Source: Psammoneis japonica
Lineage: Eukaryota
Length of the DNA: 64,000 nt
Assembly (NCBI GenBank): GCA_008632985.1
Contig: QPGO01000084.1
Span: forward strand, 248,001 to 312,000
Reading direction: 5' to 3'
In this document: positions 13,330-27,784 of the stretch, one piece after another
Layout: every line of letters begins with the position of its first letter
Position numbering within the stretch: the first letter of the stretch is position 1
Position numbers and translations under genes: made by a program
The notes under the pieces: generated by a model
Told to the model about the DNA's origin: nothing
What the model saw: the letters and a program-made list of their open reading frames with translations, nothing else
Database searches by the model: none

Positions 13330-14300
13330 CGTCCGTGTCATTTTCATTTGCATCGGCTGTTACAAAGCATTCGTTGCGCAAAGAAAAATGCGCAAGTTTC
13401 ACGAAACCGTCTCGTTTGAAACAGCGCAACCCGGGCTCAGCTGCTTGTCTCTTGCACCGCAGATGGATCCTTTCCTTTTGCAATCATTTTTCCATGCAGA
13501 GCTGGCAGAAATGCTGTTTGACTGCAGTGGCACAGCTGCATGATGTGGCCCAATGCCAACATCATGAGAGGAGGCCAGCAGCGCCCGCTGCGGCGGTGGC
13601 TGGCTGGGCTGTGCCTCGCAGCTGGTCTTGCCAGCACAGCACCACAAACAAGCACATTTCCTTTGACACCAAACCACAGGAAAATGTGCTCTTGATTGCT
13701 TGTCTCTTGTTTTGCAGCAGGCAGATCCTTTCCTTTTGCAACCATTTTTCACAGAGAGCTGGCTGCTGGGCTGCCAAGCAGCGTTGGCACTGCTGCTCAC
13801 AGGCACAGTGTGACAGCAGAACCTGACACCTGATTGCTGAGAGTCAGCCTTCAATCTGTCAAGTGCAAACTTAAATTGAAGTGCACAGCTGTGAGAGCTG
13901 AGAGCCTGAGTCTTGTGGCAAAACCGTGCAAAAAAGGGCCTTTGCGTTTGCCCTGCTTGCTTGGGTTTTTTCCTGCTGTGCCTCTCTTTTCACTGGCGCA
14001 CTTGCCAAAAAGAGAAACAGCACAGTGTGCTGATCATCAGCAATTTTGGCAGGAAAGGTTTGGCAGCAAAAACAGAACATTGGCTGTTGCTGTGCAAGTT
14101 GTGAAAATGCACAGTCTGGGCAGCGGCGCAGCTGCAGGAAGGAGCTTTTGTTGTTCATTTTTGGGTTTTCTCTCACGTCTCTTGCAATTGAATCACTTGT
14201 CACAGCAAAATGTGGATGTCATGCATTGACATTTTTGGCAGGAAAAGGTTTGGTGGCAAGATCAAACATCGGTTGTTGCCGCATCATGGTTGGTTTGTTT
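13330..14300. other. TpA-depleted domain D2 with internal direct repeats (probable DNA-transposon remnant)
   Basis: TA is nearly absent. Repeated blocks gcttgtctcttg..gatcctttccttttgcaa at ~13443 and ~13698, and ttttggcaggaaa(a)ggtttgg at ~14044 and ~14233. Confidence 0.65.
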
Positions 14301-15499
14301 TTGTCGCAGCAGCATGAATGTCGTAAAAAGTCTGTCCATCGTACGTGCGAATTGAACGTATGGCGTTTTCTCCTCCCCTCCTTCTTTTCCTCCTCTTTTT
14401 ATTTTGCGGACCGTGTCGGAGGGAGTTTCGATCGGGCGACACACGGACTGCGTTGGAGAGAATATTTTATTTGCATGATCGTACTGTACCAAAAAAAAAC
14501 ACGCCACACCATGGCGTAATCTTCAAGGAAGAAACTGCTTGATTTACTGTAAGTGCCAAGAAAATACGTTTTTAGATCACTCGCTCCCATCACGGGTTGC
14601 AATAATCCAGAAAAAGATGGCATGGAGGTGGACGATAAGAGCAATAAGGCGTCGTCTGCGTCTTGTGAAGGCAAGCAAAACAAAACAAAGGCTTCCACCA
14701 AGAGCAAACAATCAACAATCAACGTCTTAGTCCACCGCAGTCTTGCACTCCGATGCTGTTGGTGGTGTTGATGCACATCCGTTTGCTCGTGGATCTCTGG
14801 GAAAATGAGGATGACGATGTTACTACAGTCGACGGACGAGCCGGTAGTGGGCCCAGCATCAGAGCACATCATCCTTGCGGCTGTTGTCGGTGACAAGTAG
14901 CGTCATTGTGTGCACTGCCGCCACTTCAATCGATGTGCGGACGAATGGGTTGGCATGGGTCGCATTGTGTCACCTCCTTCATTTGGGAATGCCAAAGCTC
15001 GAGTGATGAAAAAGGAGGAAGAACGTCGAAAACGAAAGCAAGCGCGATTGGAGGAACGGAATGCGGAAAACACTTAAGATTCACTGCGGGCACACCGGGA
15101 CAGACGGAAGCCGCTGTGGGCGGTGCTACTGCTACTACTACTACTTCAGCTGAAGAATCGTCTACGGACGCTGTTGCGGCTATGGTCTCAGATCCAGCGT
15201 CAGCAACTACAACTCCTCGCATGACACGCCCAACGTGCTGACGGTGACGTGTTTTTCGGCGTGCAAACGGTGTTTTTGATTGACGCGTCTCACTGTATGA
15301 CGCCACGTATATTTCTCTCTTTTGTTTAGTTGCCATTCGTATACAACCATTGAGCTCCAAGGAATCACGTCGAATACAGCTAGCCGTGTACAGAAAGTTC
15401 TTCGGCAGTACAAGTCGATAGTCGATTGATCAAACGAATTATTGGCCGAACCTTTTGCAGCTTTAACAGAACCTTTGGAGAAGAATATACTACACCGCA

Positions 15500-16250
15500 A
15501 GTTGATGACGGTGCAGTACAGCCAGGAACATCGTTCAGGGAGTCTTCGTTTCGGGAATCAATGCAACGTCTTTGTATACGGACAACCCTCTAGTGGTAAG
15601 ACCTACAAGATGCAGGGTTTCGGGTCGATTGAAAAGAAGGCTACAAATCTACCGGTGGAGGCGTTGTACATATGACTACCAATGATGCATTTAATCACAT
15701 TGCCGACACGAGACACCAGACCGAATGTTCTTGGTTCGAACGTCATTCTTTGAAGTCTTCAACGAGTTGGTGCAGGAGTTGCTCGGCGAGAACAATGTGC
15801 ACAAATACGAGAAGACACTCGACATGGACGGTTTGTGAACAGCCACGAGGAGGATGTTACCGATTTTGATCGCATCATGGAGGTACTATTTGCTGGAGAG
15901 AAGAACCGGGCTGTAGCATCTACCTGCATAAATGAACGGTCTTCCCGATCTCATACCATTTCCATATGTATCACCATCGAAAGTCGGTGGAAGACTGATC
16001 AAGATTTATGACGATGCATCAGTGATAAGCATAACCACGAAAACAAAGATAACGGTGCTATTCATATTATCTACACTCTGAACTTGGTGAACTCAGCCAG
16101 TTCCAAGATGGTTCCTCACTGTAATAGTCAGAAAGAAGGAGGAAAGATCAATCAGTGGTAAGTTGCTTTGAGAGCTTGCAAACTCTCATGTATTGTACTC
16201 TCAACTGTTACACATTACCTGTCCTTATATCTGCAGTCAATCTCGCTTTA
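15500..16250 (+). pseudogene. Kinesin motor domain fragment (kinesin-7/CENP-E-like)
   Basis: P-loop NVFVYGQPSSGKTYKMQG; FLVRTSFFEVFNE; GEKNRAVASTCINERSSRSHTI (switch I); STLNLVN(S)A; KEGGKINQ followed by a gtaagt..ctgcag intron. Frameshifts and stops throughout. Confidence 0.8.
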
Positions 16251-17399
16251 GCGAACTGTTAAAGGAAACACTCCTAGGAGCCCTCTAACTCGGAAAGAGA
16301 CTGCTACATGTTGTAGGAATGAGTAATGTGATCTCTCCATCGGTTGAAATGGGCATGGAATAAATATTTAAACTAAACTAAAACAAGATGTGTTGACTAC
16401 TAGTCCCCATCAGATTTGCGGTCTCATGACTCATGCTCCCTCACCACAGCACGGTCGTCAACAAGAAGGAGTGCTGCTGCCTGTGGTACCCTTGGGGGGC
16501 CCCGTGCAGGTTGTTAATAGCCCATCAGCTCTTACAACAGCCATGTTCAATGTTTTTTTACGATTAACATGAAAAACTCGGGGCTTTCTTAACTTGGTGC
16601 TTTCCTAACCAAGGGGGCCTCTTGTTTGCTTGGCGCCCCACCAAGGTTCTGGGCTTGTCTTTTTCATCGAGGTGCTTTCCTAACCTCGCCGTTTTAGTTG
16701 TTAACATCGAGTTTCCTCTCGAGTGGGGTTTCCTGAGGGTGCAGAGAATGGGACACTCTCGGTGCATAACCCAACAGGCGGTCGTCCTACCGTACCGTAC
16801 CGTACCGAGACACTCGTCAGTGCCAGCAATTTTAAGAATGTTTAAACCTGCATGAGAAGAAAGAAGGTATAACTCAGCCAGTTTGGCATCGTTGGAAAGG
16901 GGTTAGCACTTCTTCATGTCTTGCAGAGCGCCGCAACCATACTGCAGTGCAGAGAGGGCGGTCGATGCAGAAGGAGTGAGACGAAAACACGTCGTGCAGC
17001 GAAGATCACGAGACGGCGAACAAGACAATGTGGCCAAATCTTTGCGCTGGCCTGCCTTTTTTCAATTCAAACACTCACATCACGCCTTCTCGGCTTCGAA
17101 TGAGCTTAAACATATATACATTGATTATAACAACAATTCATTCGTGGCGCCAATTTAAACGGAAAAGATGCCTCCCACCGCACCGTGTGCATCGCTTGCA
17201 TCGCTTTTCGCGCCTTCCGCGGCGATTTCAAAAAGAATGGCTGGCGGCATTCTTTTTTATCAACGTGCGCCAAAAAACACATAAGAAGTTTTTAGCGGAG
17301 ACGTTAAACTTTTGCCGTTGAAGCAATTCAAAACCGATGGCGCCTTTCCGACGATTCAAATCAATTGTTTTTGAAATTTTCAAATCAACCCACGACGAA

Positions 17400-20300
17400 G
17401 CGTGTTTGTTTGGGATCTTTGTGCGCCTCGCCAACGCCCTTGAGTCCTCTCTGTTGTGTGGGCACAAACCAAGGGATGGTCAATGACATCAGGAAGTTCT
17501 GGGCCATGCACCAATTGATTGGCAGTGGTGTGGCAGGTTGCAGGAAAGTCTGTCGATGCACGCGCAGGGCTGCAAGGGCTCTGGGGCGACAACAAGACTT
17601 CAGATGTTGGAGTGGCAGGAGGCAAAGACACTGCAACATCAGAGGGGGGGGCAGAGAAGAACCAGCTCCAACAAGGGCAGGGAAAGAAGCAGGATTGGCA
17701 GGGGCAGAGCTGGTGCATTGAAAATGCCGCCAACATCCAGGCCGCCATTGTCCATGAAAAAATGGGGCATCTTTCAAAAGCTGCACCCCGCCAAAGGTGG
17801 GGGTCATGGGAAGAACCCTGGCAGCATGCTCTCCAGCTCGCAAGCCCAAAAAGCAGGATCTGGTGGCTGCACTCTCAAAATGAGGAGGGAGCTGCACTCT
17901 GATGCTGCTGCTTTGACAGGCGAGAGTGGTGGAGACCCCTTCTTGCCTTTGAATCTGAAGTGTGGACAATGTGTTGTTTGCATTGCGAAATGAAACTGGG
18001 CAGTGCAAAAGTGAAAAATTGTGAACAAAATTTTGTTGCATTGATCCAGCTGAACAAACAAAAATGTCAGAGCAAGCAGACTTGCGTGTCAGGTGGGACA
18101 CTGTCACAGTTGAAGCTGTGGGTTGAAATTCAGGAGAAAGTGGGGTGAACTGGGGCAGAGCCAGTGCACAGGGAAAATGATGCTGACATCAAGGCCATCA
18201 CACACCGGGAGCAGGTGATCAAGAAGTCAGCCTGCCAAAGCACAGCGGCAACAGCCTCAGCCAATGGGTGCCCGCCATTGGCAGCTTCTGAGTGGAAGAA
18301 GTGGTGGCAGATGTTGTTGATGTGACAAGTTCTGGGCCTCATCTTGGGCACCTTAGAAGCTCAGCTGTCAAGTTGCCCTCAAACAATTTGCAGAAAATGG
18401 GTGGAGACATCATCGCTGGGTGGGCAGTTTTGTTGATTTCCTCCAAGAATCATGTGGGTGCTTTCACATGCTGAGTGGAAAGGCAAGTGTTGACTCTCAC
18501 TGCTGCTGAGAGCAAGCTTTCTCTGCAGCTTGGATGGCCAGCAGGTGGGAGCTCTCCCCTCTCCCATGCTTGGTGGCACAGCCGCTGCAAGACTTTGCTG
18601 CTTCAGGGTCTTCAGCCATGATTGTCTTGCCCCAGCTGTGCCCCAGAAAACAGCATCATCAACAATGCACTCAAAAACCATTTTCTTTGTCAGGTGGGAT
18701 CTGCGCTGGGCTTTGGCAGTGGTGAGCTGACCAGTTGGTGAGTTGTGTGTGTGGCAGCATCAGGCCAACTGGATTTTTTGGAAAGCTTGCTTTGCTTGTC
18801 ACCAACAGGCAAACAGCAAAATCAAATCAGCGCTTTGAATGGTGTCACATCTTGACACTGATGGCCTCAGCAGAAAAAAATGCCAAAAAAACAACACACA
18901 CATGTCTTGGCAAGTGATGCAAAAGAAAAAGCGCACTTCTTGTTGTCCAGTGGAGTCAGTGTGAACAGTTGGGCAGTGATGATGTGGAAATCAACATGGA
19001 GAGAGTGGGAAAAAATTGCTCTTGATGTGATGGAGAAACAAAGCAATGGGCAAAGCAACAGCAGATGACAACAACAGCCACAATCAAGCTTTGGTGGTGT
19101 TGAGGCATCTTGCACAGAAATTTGGCACAGAGAACATGCTGCTGATTAGAAAGGGAGTGTAAAAAGGCATGACCCCATGACAAAGCCATGCCTCCCAAGC
19201 ACCAACAAAGTGGAGTGTCCCCTTTGACACCAACAGCCAGCAGCTCCACAGCACCAATTAAAACCAGCACAGAGCTGCCTGCCACCCCACAACAGACAAC
19301 TCTGCAGGTGCTTGTGTGGAAAAATTGCCGCCGGCTGGCAGTCAAAATCACAGCAAAGTTGTTTGCCATCAAAGTCAGGCTTGGCAAGTCTTGTGAGAGC
19401 ATTGCTGGGCATCCCTGGTGTTCTCTCATTCTTTTTTGGAGAGCCATCTTTGTTGACAAGGTTGAGATCTTTCAAGGCACCCCTGGCCCTGGCAATGAGA
19501 TTGAGCCAAGCTGGATGGTGCTGATCACTCTCCCTCTGAATTGCAGCTCCAAGATGTTTCTCATTGGCACCTTCTTCATCTTCCACTTCAAAGACAGTTG
19601 TGCAAACTTGACATCATTGTCAACATTGTTGGCAGACTCTCCTTGTGTGTCAAAAACAATGGACAATCTCATCAGTGTGTGGGCTGCAAGGACAGTTGTT
19701 CCCTCAGAGAAGATGCAGAACTCATCACCCTCCTCAGAAGGAACAAATCCTCTCAGTTGCAACCATGTGGATCAGAAATGTTTGTGTCAAGTTCAGCCTC
19801 ACTGTCATGTCCACTGTCAACACTCTTTTTTTGCATGGAGAGAGTGCTTGTTGCAACCAATGCCAGGAAATGTTGCTCACTCAGGCAACTTCATGAAAGG
19901 TGGTCAAAGGATGCTTGCTTGTGTGTGTGCAAGGACAAAATCAACTTGTTGAGAATGCCTGTTGTGCGTGACACACAGGTGCAAAAACAGCGGCCAAATC
20001 ATTGTCCAAAACAAGGCCAGAGAGCACAAGTCTGGTCACACAGCATTTCCCACAATTTTTTTGTAAGCTCCAAGACAGAGGCAGCTTTTCCACTTGTGCA
20101 CCTCACATGTGTGACATGGTTTCATCCTCATTGAGCACTTCTGCTTTTTCACAAAGCTCTGATTCTGCGTCTCCTTGATCGCGGTGGCTTCTTTGAGCTG
20201 GGCGGCAGCTGGCTGCTTCACAGCTTTGCACACAGGTGTGCAGCACAAGGGTTGGCCAATGCTCTCATGAGGTGCACATGAGGATGATGGAGTCATTGAG

Positions 20301-23300
20301 CTCTGGCTCAAAATCCTGTTCCTTTGAGCACATGTCATGGTCCAGTGCATTGAGCTTGACCCCATGAGAGATGAGGCTTGCTTGTTGTTGCAACTCTGAC
20401 TCTGTCATGTGTTTTGCAAGTGCTGAGCCATGCATCCAGACCTGGCTGTCATCCACACAGGTGGCAGTGGCTCTGACTCAAGAGCACCCAACTCAAGATG
20501 CATTTCAGGGGTTTCAGGCACTCCTTTCCAGCTCATTGAAGCTGTTGCAACTCCCTCATTTGGGGCTGTTCCTTCTGGAATGAGTGCTTTCTGAGGGACA
20601 CGAGCTGGTTTGGCCTCTTGGTGAGGAGCGACACTCATTTGTGATGTCTTGATCTGCATCTTCTGCTCAATCTTTTTGTTGGGTCATGGCTGCACTTTTG
20701 AGTCTTGGAGGTGACATGATGTCTCTTGCCAGCAGGGCTCAACCTGCTGCCCACGAGACCCCATGCCCACCACAAAGTTCAACACAAGAGCGGCAGAATG
20801 AGAATGTTTTGGTGATGGTCCAAGGGCAGACCAACTCAAGAGAGCATGAGCCCCACTTTGAAACAGGCTTGTTTGACTGCAGCTCTTGTTGTTGGGAACA
20901 CAGACTGAGCATGTGAATGGATGAAAAAAGTGTCAAATTTTGGGTTTCGTGGGTGATTTCATGAAAAGCTAAAATGGAAACAAATCTTGCCCAGTTGCAG
21001 GAACGCAGTTGTGCACAGCACTTGCACCATGTTGGATGTTGGATGATGCAAGGCTGTGCTGGGTGCTGGGTGACCTCTGCCACTGCCTTTGGTCATCAGT
21101 GCTTGTTGGCATGAATGAGTTGAGGTTGAGCCAAACATTGCAAACTGCAAACTCTCTTTTTGGCGGCCCAACTCTGGAAACAAGAGTTGACTCCACAACA
21201 GGAAATCAACTGACTCACATCTTTGACCAAAGATGGATGTGCGCTGCAAGCAATGTGGCCATTGTTGGAATGACAGCAGCAATTGCTTGCTCCCCCCCCC
21301 CAAAAAAAAACAAAAAATGAGACTCAAAAGCATGTTTTGGCTGCAACAGACTCAACTCCAGCAAGGGTGGTGGTTTGCAGGCAGTCAGAAGAGAAACTGC
21401 TGTGATGACTGGCAAATGTGGTTGCACAGCAACATCCTTTTTGTTGCTGCACAATCTTTCAATTGACCAGCAAGGCATGGGGTTGTTGTGCCCAGCTGAT
21501 TGAATGATGCACAAAGCCCAGGCTTTTCACCCACTGACATTTTTGCACTGTTTTGTGTTGCTTTTGGCTTTCCAAGGTGCTTTTGTCACTTTTGCAAATC
21601 AACAGGCAGCACTTTGAGCAACATGACACTCAGCAAGTTGTCAAGGCAGACTCCGTTTCAAGCCATGGCCTGGATTGGAGAGATTGGAACATGACTGCTG
21701 AGTTGAGGACACAGCACCCAAAAGTGGAGTTTCACATTTCACGCAACAAGCTCATTGGAGCAATTGGCTCATCATCTTCAAAGGCCAGAGCTCAACCTGA
21801 GTCATCCATTGAGAGGTCAAAACAAACAGCAGCGCTGTTGCCAGGCAAAGGAGCCAACTCATTGGTGGCAACAGTTGTGCACCATGACTCTCAGGAGCGG
21901 CACAGCTGGGGACTTTGTCAGCAGGAACAGCGGACTGATGTGAACAATCCATGCTTGGCATGTCCTGCCTGACACGGCCCTGATGGGTGGAGAAGCATGT
22001 GCAGAAGCAACAACAACATCAGGGCATCATTGTTGGGTGAAGAGAGGTTGCTTGGAAAGCACACTTTTTTGTCTTGACAAGAACAGTTGGAGGTTTGGCA
22101 CAGTGCCTGAACAGAGGCTTAAAAGAAGGAACAGAGTGGAAAAAACACTGATGTTGCTGGCCAACCATGTGGGTTTCTAGCCCACCTGCTCAAGTGTGAT
22201 GTTCTTGTTCACAGCACAAGCCTCTTTGCAGGCAGCACACTCTTGCAGCTTGAGAGCTTGAGCCAGGTGTTGAAGGGGCAGGTGGAAGCCACATTGGCAG
22301 CAGGCAGCAGGTTGAGGATGCAGCAGTGGAGGATGCTGGAAATGCAATGTGGGGGTTCTCTCTCCTCAATGATCTTCTTGTGTGTTTTGATGAACAGCTC
22401 CTTTGCACAAGGTTCAAGTGATGCCCAACATGCACTTCATGCTCACATTGACCTTGGTTCTTGGTGGCAAAAGGTGTTCAGACTTTGAGCTTGTTAAATC
22501 AGTGCCAGCTGGAAACATGAGTCAGTGTTGATGCTGTTGTTGTCATTGAAGGTGTGGCATGATGGCATTCATCGGTGGCAGGGAAGCATCCAACAACAGG
22601 CTCACAAGCAATGTGGGCACAGATTGCCGTGTGCATGATGCACACACCATGTTTGCAATGGACACAGGGGCTGTGACACAGGCACATTGAGTGTTGCATC
22701 AACTTTGATGTCTCTTGACATGGGGCTTGGGGCCAGCATCAAAACAGAGTGGGGGTCAGGCCAAGTCAGCAGACAAGAAGGACAATGGATCACATGCACT
22801 GCCGACCATGTTGGCTGCAATGTGAGTTGCTTTTGTCAACAGCAGCTTCAGAATCTCACCAGAGCAAGCCAGAGTTGCAAGCGGTGCAACAAGCAGTGTG
22901 GCACAGACACCAACTCCAAACCCACCCACTGCTTTGGTGTTTGTGGCTGGGCTCAGCAGACACATCCTTGACACCTGGGTTGGCCACGGAAGCAACGGCG
23001 GTGCACCGGAGATTGCCCAAGAGAAAGTGTCATGGGAGCATCTCTGTTTGGCTTTCCACTTGGCATGGCAGCCCTTGTTGAAGTGTTGTTTGCCCCAACA
23101 ACAGCCATCTAGCTTGAAAATTTTCCACCTCTTCTTGTTCCTTTTGAGCCCTGACATGGCAGCAAAGAAGGGCAAACCATGTCCAGCACAGTGCACAGCC
23201 TGCTTGCACACATGTGGCTTGCCATTGGCAAAGCCCACCACAAGTGTGGTGCACGCCAGTGGCCTTGTGCTGGCCACCCAACTGCACATTGACTTGAGCC

Positions 23301-26300
23301 AAGTCTGCCATTGCTGCCAAAGGCCAAGTTGGCCACTTTGTGATGTGCTCATTGGATCCATGCTTGTCTGTCAGCAGAGTTGCTTCGCAGCGCTTGTGCA
23401 CCTGCTCAGTGCATGCAAGTGTTGCCAAAGACAGTGCTTGAAGATGATTGGGCACCTTTTTCTGCATCATCACAACCATCGCTGAATCCTTGCCTTGCAG
23501 CACTGCCACATCCACCATGAAGCTGCAGCTGGCAGCAATCAAGGCACACTCCATTTGATGGAGACAGCCTCAAAGAGAAAAAAAATGGAAAGAATGTGGT
23601 GACTGCAGCTGTTGTGTTGAACAGGGAGGTTGTGTGCAAGGGTGGCAAGGCACGCTGTGTTGTCAGCAAGTGACCATCACACTCAGCAAACAGAGACACT
23701 TGTGAGTCCCAAGTCATCATGCCTCATGATTGAGGAGGACATGACGTTGAAACAACAAGGATGAGGTGGGCCAGAGAGCAGCAGTCATTGCAGCAGTGAG
23801 CTTGCTTGGAGATGACAGCTGAAAACAAAAATGACAGCAGCCGCAGCAGCTTTTGTGTGGCCAGATTCAATGAGCTGTGAACACAGAAAAGAAGAAATTG
23901 CAGCATTTAAATGCAGCCATGCAATGTTCAACCAACTTGCATCACAAACTTGTTTGTTTTTTGTTGCAGCAGATCCCACTCTTCTGCAAGAGCCTGGGTG
24001 ACACTTGTCTTTCTCTGCCACACCATCTGGCTGGCTTTCAGCTGGGAAATCCACAGAGCCCAAAAATGAAACAAGTGGAAACTAGAAACAGTGTGATGCA
24101 CTCATTTGCTGTGGCAGAAATGTCACCCTGTCACAACTCACAACACCACAAAAGAGACCTCATTGGGGCACACAACCAAGGATGGATCATCAAGCAGAGA
24201 GGTGTTGGGTTGGTGCTCTTGGCAGCAGATTTGCAGGATTGGGGTTGGGACATGATCTGAATGGTGGAAGGGGTCTGGGGATGAGCAGCTGTCACAATGA
24301 CCGCAGGTCATCCCAACACCACTGTGACAACACAGAGCTTTTGTTTCCATGGAATGAACTTTGCCCACAAAGTTTCATCTGGCAACTGACAAGATAATTC
24401 CCAATCATTTTGTCACATGGATTTTGACTTTGTGAAAATTTTTATGCTCAATGACTGGCTCAAAATGCAGAAGTGAAAACAGCACAAATTCCGCACATTT
24501 TTCCGGGTTTGTTTGGGCAAAAAAGGTGGTTGCCATTGGCTGCCGTTGACCAAGAAAGGCTTGCACACATTGTGACCAACAATGACTCTTGTTAACACAG
24601 CATCCTCGGATTCACCAGGCAACACTTGGGCACAGCAAAAAGTGTGCATTTGGTCAATGTCGAGCATTGAGTGCAAATTGTGGTGTCTTTGGGGTCCCTT
24701 CGGTGATCTGAACACTCACATTTCTCATCTGACCATCATGGGCCCATCTCATGGTGGGTGTCAGAAATGTTGTGATGGGATGCATCTTGAGCAATGACCA
24801 CGGTTGTGCAACACATTTGGCCATGAAGGTTGCACAAACTTGAAAAACTGAGTTGATTTTTTTTCTGCCAAACATCCATTTTTTTTTTTTGCTGGCGGCC
24901 CAGCCACCAAGAATGGCGGGCAAATCCCATGGGGCAAAGGCAGCACAACCCCACCAACAGGTCCAAGTGCAAAAATTCCTGAGGGAAGAAGCGGGAAGTG
25001 CAAGCTCACATCAAAATTCTGGTTGATGAGCTTTCAGAAAAACTGGCACATGCAGTTTGTGAGCTGTGCTTTGCGCACAATGAAAGACAGGACAAAACTC
25101 ATTCTGTCCATTCAAAACAGCAGACCAACTCAGGGACCACATCAAAAAGGAAGTGGATGATCAGTTTCAAGATCTCTGCAAGAGAAACTGCACAGTGCAC
25201 CGCGTGCCATGAAATTGTGTGACATTCCTGTGACAGAGTTTGTTTTGTTGGAGACTTCTGCCTTTTAAGAGGACTGTGATTTTTTGGACCCATCCAACTC
25301 TGTTGCCAGGGCCATTTTTTCCATTCACAATTGATTGAAAACATGCAAAAGAAATGTCAAGGTGCAGCAGGAGTGAGCATGGAACAGATGAGTGCCAATG
25401 CAAGCGACATGTTTCATGCAACATTGGAGCGTGGCCGCCAGGGCAAAGAGTGCAACACGGATGACAAGCCAGCTCAACAATTCTGTCCTGCCTTCCAATC
25501 AATTCAGCCTGTTGGTTTTTTGCTGCAGTTGCTGTTGAGCAAAAGTGGAGAGTCCACAAAACTGTTGAGAGATGGAGGCTTGCATTGCCACAAGTGCAGC
25601 TTGTTTGTCGCTCACTCAGAAAGTTTGCAGGGTGCACACTGTGGCAGCAAAGGAATCCTGGGGCCATGGACAGCACATTTCCCATTGCAGAAAGGAGGGA
25701 TGAAGCTCAGTCACTGGCACAATTGTGACAAGGACAGTGCAAGTTTAGCAACAAATGAGAGCCACCACCAGAAAACAAGGCTGTCGTGTTGGAAATCTTG
25801 CTGAAGTTGGTTGGGTTCTGGAGCTCAGCACAGGTTCATGGTGGTGGTCACAACAGCAGGCTTGGTGATGGCGCTCCTTGGATCCAGCTCTGTTTGCCCT
25901 TGACAATGAGTCAGTGTGGCTCAATCTTTGGGGACACAACAGGGGCCATCTTTGGTGAACCATGAGTTCACTGGTGCAATTTTGACAGCAGCTGACGCCA
26001 CAGCCTCAAATGCCAAAATTTGTTTTGCAGAGAACCCACAGCTGACCTGGCAATGGCTGGGTCATTTCCACACAGAGAGTGGATCACCATCAGGTTGTGA
26101 GCAGCAACGGTTTTCCACAAATGCCAGCAGGGTCCCTCTGTTGTCAAACAAAGCAATGCATCTCTCTCTTCCCATCACTGCAAACACAAACAGAGAGCGC
26201 TTCACATGCAAACTCAGCTGCTCCATCAACAACAGTGGCGGCATTGCTTTAGATGCCAACTTCCACTTTCCCAAGCATGTTGATGATGTGGCAGCAGGAA

Positions 26301-27700
26301 CAAGAATTGCAGCGGTGTTGTGGGTTGAGAAAGGAGTCAAATGCGAGTGCCCATTGTGCAATCTACACCCCAGCACAGGAGACGCCAAAAACACATTGAA
26401 AAAAATGCCAGAAACTTCTGAGTTGGCAATGGTTGATTGGGATCTTGCCCTCCAGCTGCATCATGACCGCCTCATTGCCAAGAACAGTGTGTTTCGCCAC
26501 TGCAAAACATGTCTGGACTGCAAATCAAAGGCCTGCTGCAGCATCTGCACATCAGCAGATGCTGGCTGCACTGGCCTTTGCCCCATGGAGCAATGGCTGC
26601 ATTGGCCTTTGCCCCATGGAGCAGTGCTTTGACTTGTGGTGCCATTGCCTGCCAGCTGTGATGTGGCCAAGGAACAATCCAGCGGGCAAGTGCCTTGACA
26701 GGCATTTGACAAAGTGGCAGCAGGAGTCTTGCATTGGCCCCACACCGCCCCCCCCCCCCCGCCTGACATTGCACTGCCACCACCTGACATCCTGCATCAC
26801 ACCCCATGCAACCTGGCATGTCTGCCTCTCCTGCACAACAGGAGGTGGTGCCAACAATCCAGGGCGCCCCAGCGAGCACTGCCCTGTGCTTCATGTGGAC
26901 TTGGCCAAGGCAGAGCGGGCACCCTGCCCGGCTGATCAGGGCCCCACATTGTGCCCCAACCATTGCCACCAAGTTGGAGCTTTCCAAAGCATCAGCAAAC
27001 TCAGCCAATGTTCTGCTCATCCATCTCAACCTCCTCTGCACCCAGCTGGGGTGCGTGCCATTTTGCCCTGCTTTTGCCCCTCTTGCTTGTGAGCGCAGAG
27101 AGAGCTGTCTGCCTGACAGCGGTCATCACAGACTCTCTGAGACAGCACCCTTTCCCTTGGGGATGCCATGGCTTTGTTTGGTTCCCCTTTTTTGTTGGCT
27201 GCCTGCCTCATCTTGCACAGCCACAACTGCGAAATGCTGCCCCCAATGATGCGCCACGTGCTTTTGGCGCTTTCTCTGTCATTTGATGATTGTGGTGCCC
27301 TCCTCCTGCAGGCCACACCTCACTCCATGGCCCCACAATCTAGAAAACCTGCAGAACCTCCAACTGTTGATTTTTGTCTTGTGTGTGTTTCTCGTTGTGC
27401 AAAAAGTGTCCATCAAATGCACAGAAGTTGTGCTGTTTTCCACTGCACACGTAGATTCGTGCGAACTTGCTCAGTGCAGTGCAGGTGCCAATTGCCAATG
27501 CAATGCGGTTCCTTGCATGCTCGCGGCGTGCGTGCGTGCTTGATCAGCAAGGCCCATCGTCCGTCCTTCTCCTGTTTCATGACGTCATTGGACGAACTGA
27601 CCAATCAAATTGAAAATGCCACCGCACCGTTCGAGAGTTGAATGACTGCCGCCAAAATCTTGTTGCGACACAATAATCACTGCACACACATCACATCGCA
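17400..27700. other. TpA- and CpG-depleted domain D3 (~10 kb of heavily mutated, unidentifiable repeat/TE debris)
   Basis: Both TA and CG are rare across ~10 kb. Dozens of overlapping Tyr-free, Cys/His/Trp-rich ORFs occur on both strands. Confidence 0.8.
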
Positions 27701-27784
27701 CATTGCTCCATCATCGCACTTGCTGTTGCTGTTGTGATTGCTTGATTTGTGGTGTCTATCGCATACACCTACAGCACACATACT

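Noticed and set aside
16309..16710. Possible solo LTRs (tgttgac..gtcaaca; tgttaa..ttaaca)
   Set aside because: Very short, with no convincing TSD, PBS/PPT or second copy.
26564..26625. 31-bp tandem duplication (similar small ones at ~29983, ~31509, ~38186, ~56171)
   Set aside because: Ordinary local slippage duplications with no further structure.
17365..27641. Dozens of overlapping Cys/His/Trp-rich ORFs that look like metal-binding proteins
   Set aside because: Explained by loss of TAA/TAG stops and Tyr->Cys/His conversion. They occur in all six frames with no recognisable domain.
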